From positions 114,245 through 178,244 of the forward strand of contig NVRX02000004.1 in the NCBI GenBank assembly GCA_002400985.2: a DNA stretch of 64,000 nt, given 5' to 3'. Origin of the DNA: Candidatus Wolfebacteria bacterium (GTDB taxonomy: Bacteria > Patescibacteriota > Minisyncoccia > Phycocordibacterales > Phycocordibacteraceae). The notes beneath the pieces are model-generated. The model saw only the letters and a program-made list of their open reading frames with translations, was not told the DNA's origin and did no database searches. This document shows positions 62,282 through 64,000 of this stretch, piece by piece (position 1 is the stretch's first letter; each line of letters begins with the position of its first letter). The position numbers and the translations under genes were made by a program.

Positions 62282-64000
62282 ATGGCACGAAAATACCCAC
62301 TAGATAGAGTTCGAAACTTCGGAATCATCGCACACATTGACGCAGGAAAAACTACGACATCTGAACGTATTCTTTTCTATACTGGTGTCTCACACAAAAT
62401 TGGAGAGGTACATGATGGAGAGACAGTAACAGACTGGATGGATCAGGAGCGAGAGCGAGGAATCACTATTACCTCTGCTGCTATTTCTTGTGGATATACA
62501 AAGACTGATGAGGATCAGGATGATGAGAGTTTGCGGACAAACTTCAATATCATTGATACTCCAGGTCACATCGACTTTACTGCAGAGGTAAAGCGATCTA
62601 TGCGTGTACTTGATGGTGCGGTAGTGGTATTTGATGGAGTGGCAGGAGTAGAGCCGCAGTCAGAGACTAACTGGCGATATGCAGAGGAAGCAAAGGTGCC
62701 ACGTATATGTTTCATAAACAAACTTGATCGAACAGGAGCTTCTTTCGAGCGCTCATACGAATCTATTGTTACAAGGCTTTCAAAGAAAGCAGTTCGTCTT
62801 CAGATTCCTATCGGAGAAGAAGGAGACCATGATGGAGCAGTAGATCTATTAAAGATGAAAGCATTCTACTTTGATGGAGACATGGGAGAAAACGTTCGAG
62901 AGGAAGAAATTCCTGAGAACCTAAAGGCAGATGCTGAAAAATTCCGAGCAGAACTTATTGAAAGGATTGCAGAGAATAATGACGATATGCTTGAAGATTT
63001 CCTTGAAGGAAAGGAGTTTACACTTGAGCAGCTTAAAACAGGTCTTCGTAAGGCGGTTATTGCCAATGCTATTTTTCCCGTGTTTACAGGATCAGCTCTA
63101 AAGAATAAAGGGGTACAGCTTGTACTTGATGGAGTTGTTGACTACCTTCCCTCTCCAGCAGACCTTCCTCCAGTAGTAGGAATTGATCCTAAGACAGAAG
63201 AAGAGATTACACGAGCACCATCAGATGAAGAGCCATTCTCAGCGCTTGCCTTCAAGTTGCAGACAGATCCGTTTGTAGGGTCACTTACTTTCTTCCGTGT
63301 GTACTCAGGTACCGTAAAGGCAGGAAGTTATATATTTAATGCATCAACAGGAAAGAAAGAACGTCTTTCTCGAATCGTGCGAATGATGGCTGATAAGCGA
63401 GAAGAGGTAGATGAAGTGTACGCAGGAGAGATCGCAGCTGCGGTAGGACTTAAGGATGTAAAAACAGCACACACTCTTTGTGATATAGATGCACCTATTA
63501 TCCTTGACCAAATTGTATTCCCAGAGCCAGTGGTGGCTATGCGTATTGAGCCAAAGACAAAGGGAGATCAAGAGAGACTTGGAATGGCTTTGCGTAAGCT
63601 TTCTGATGAAGACCCAACATTTAAGGTTACGTCTGATCCAGAGACTATGGAAACTATTATCTCGGGTATGGGAGAGCTACACCTTGAGATCCTTGTAGAC
63701 CGAATGAAGCGAGAGTTTAATGTAGAAGCAAATGTAGGACGTCCGCAAGTTGCGTACCGAGAAACTATCCAAGACGAGGCAGAAGCTGAGCACAAGTATG
63801 CAAAGCAGTCTGGAGGACGAGGACAGTACGGACACGTAAAGATCAGACTCGCACCCCTTAAAGAACTTGAGGAAGGAGCAAAGATCCCAAAGAATACAAA
63901 ACGTACTGATGAATTTGAATTTATCAACAATATTAAGGGAGGAGTTATTCCTCAGGAATTTATCCCTGCAGTTGAGAAGGGTGTAAAGGAAGCTATGGGA
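62282..64000 (+). CDS. fusA: Elongation factor G (partial; runs off the window end)
   Basis: Hand translation from ATG 62282 gives [35 protein letters not shown]...[17 protein letters not shown]...[10 protein letters not shown]. The frame is open to position 64000, so it is absent from the ORF track. Confidence 0.95.
   Translation, partial: MARKYPLDRVRNFGIIAHIDAGKTTTSERILFYTGVSHKIGEVHDGETVTDWMDQERERGITITSAAISCGYTKTDEDQDDESLRTNFNIIDTPGHIDFTAEVKRSMRVLDGAVVVFDGVAGVEPQSETNWRYAEEAKVPRICFINKLDRTGASFERSYESIVTRLSKKAVRLQIPIGEEGDHDGAVDLLKMKAFYFDGDMGENVREEEIPENLKADAEKFRAELIERIAENNDDMLEDFLEGKEFTLEQLKTGLRKAVIANAIFPVFTGSALKNKGVQLVLDGVVDYLPSPADLPPVVGIDPKTEEEITRAPSDEEPFSALAFKLQTDPFVGSLTFFRVYSGTVKAGSYIFNASTGKKERLSRIVRMMADKREEVDEVYAGEIAAAVGLKDVKTAHTLCDIDAPIILDQIVFPEPVVAMRIEPKTKGDQERLGMALRKLSDEDPTFKVTSDPETMETIISGMGELHLEILVDRMKREFNVEANVGRPQVAYRETIQDEAEAEHKYAKQSGGRGQYGHVKIRLAPLKELEEGAKIPKNTKRTDEFEFINNIKGGVIPQEFIPAVEKGVKEAMG

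Noticed and set aside
1-64000. CRISPR arrays, IS elements or transposases, rRNA genes, prophage blocks
   Set aside because: No regularly spaced direct repeats, transposase or integrase-like ORFs (other than XerC/D), rRNA-like segments or phage structural gene clusters were seen on either strand.

Overview
This is a gene-dense (about 90% coding), moderately AT-rich bacterial chromosome segment that spans the replication origin. The origin neighbourhood is dnaN<-dnaA | rpmH->rnpA->yidC, with a DnaA-box cluster between dnaA and dnaN. TGA is used as a stop codon (tpiA/pgk ATGA overlap), so this is the standard code, not code 25.

The compact housekeeping genes, monoderm-type envelope genes, type IV pilus genes plus ComEC, and many secreted or membrane orphan proteins fit a reduced Patescibacteria/CPR (Parcubacteria-like) genome. 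That lineage call is inference, not proof.

Housekeeping genes recognised by motif:
- Replication, recombination and repair: yebC, ruvC, dnaN, dnaA, uvrD/pcrA, xerC/D-like, xth, recJ, rnhA.
- Translation and RNA: rpmH, rnpA, rsmA, rpsO, cca, rny, nusA, rpmB, rpsL, rpsG, fusA (partial).
- Envelope: class A PBP, yidC, a LysM-M23 peptidase, MscS, murI, an M50 protease.
- Other: hup, clpP, ppa, tpiA, pgk, HIT, sod.
- Three tRNAs: Arg-TCG, Pro-TGG, Gly-TCC.

Accessory content of interest:
1. An 11-gene minus-strand locus (7711-19145) built around a VirB4-type ATPase. It also has PrgI/VirB3-like, VirB6/TrbL-like and VirB2/TrbC-like components and several secreted proteins. No coupling protein, relaxase or VirB11 lies in the window.
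2. A type IV pilus block (pilB, pilC, three pilin-like genes, two unusually large), with small strong-SD ORFs inserted between pilB and pilC.
3. ComEC split into two genes by an opposite-strand sod.
4. A surface protein, dockerin protein and cohesin-like anchor triplet.
5. A trypsin-like protease disrupted by a 1-nt frameshift.
6. A window-wide signature of extended -10 boxes (TGnTAnnnT) 6-10 nt upstream of start codons, suggesting leaderless mRNAs. It contrasts with a handful of small orphan genes that carry perfect AAGGAG(G) Shine-Dalgarno sites.

No rRNA, CRISPR array, transposase or obvious prophage was seen.
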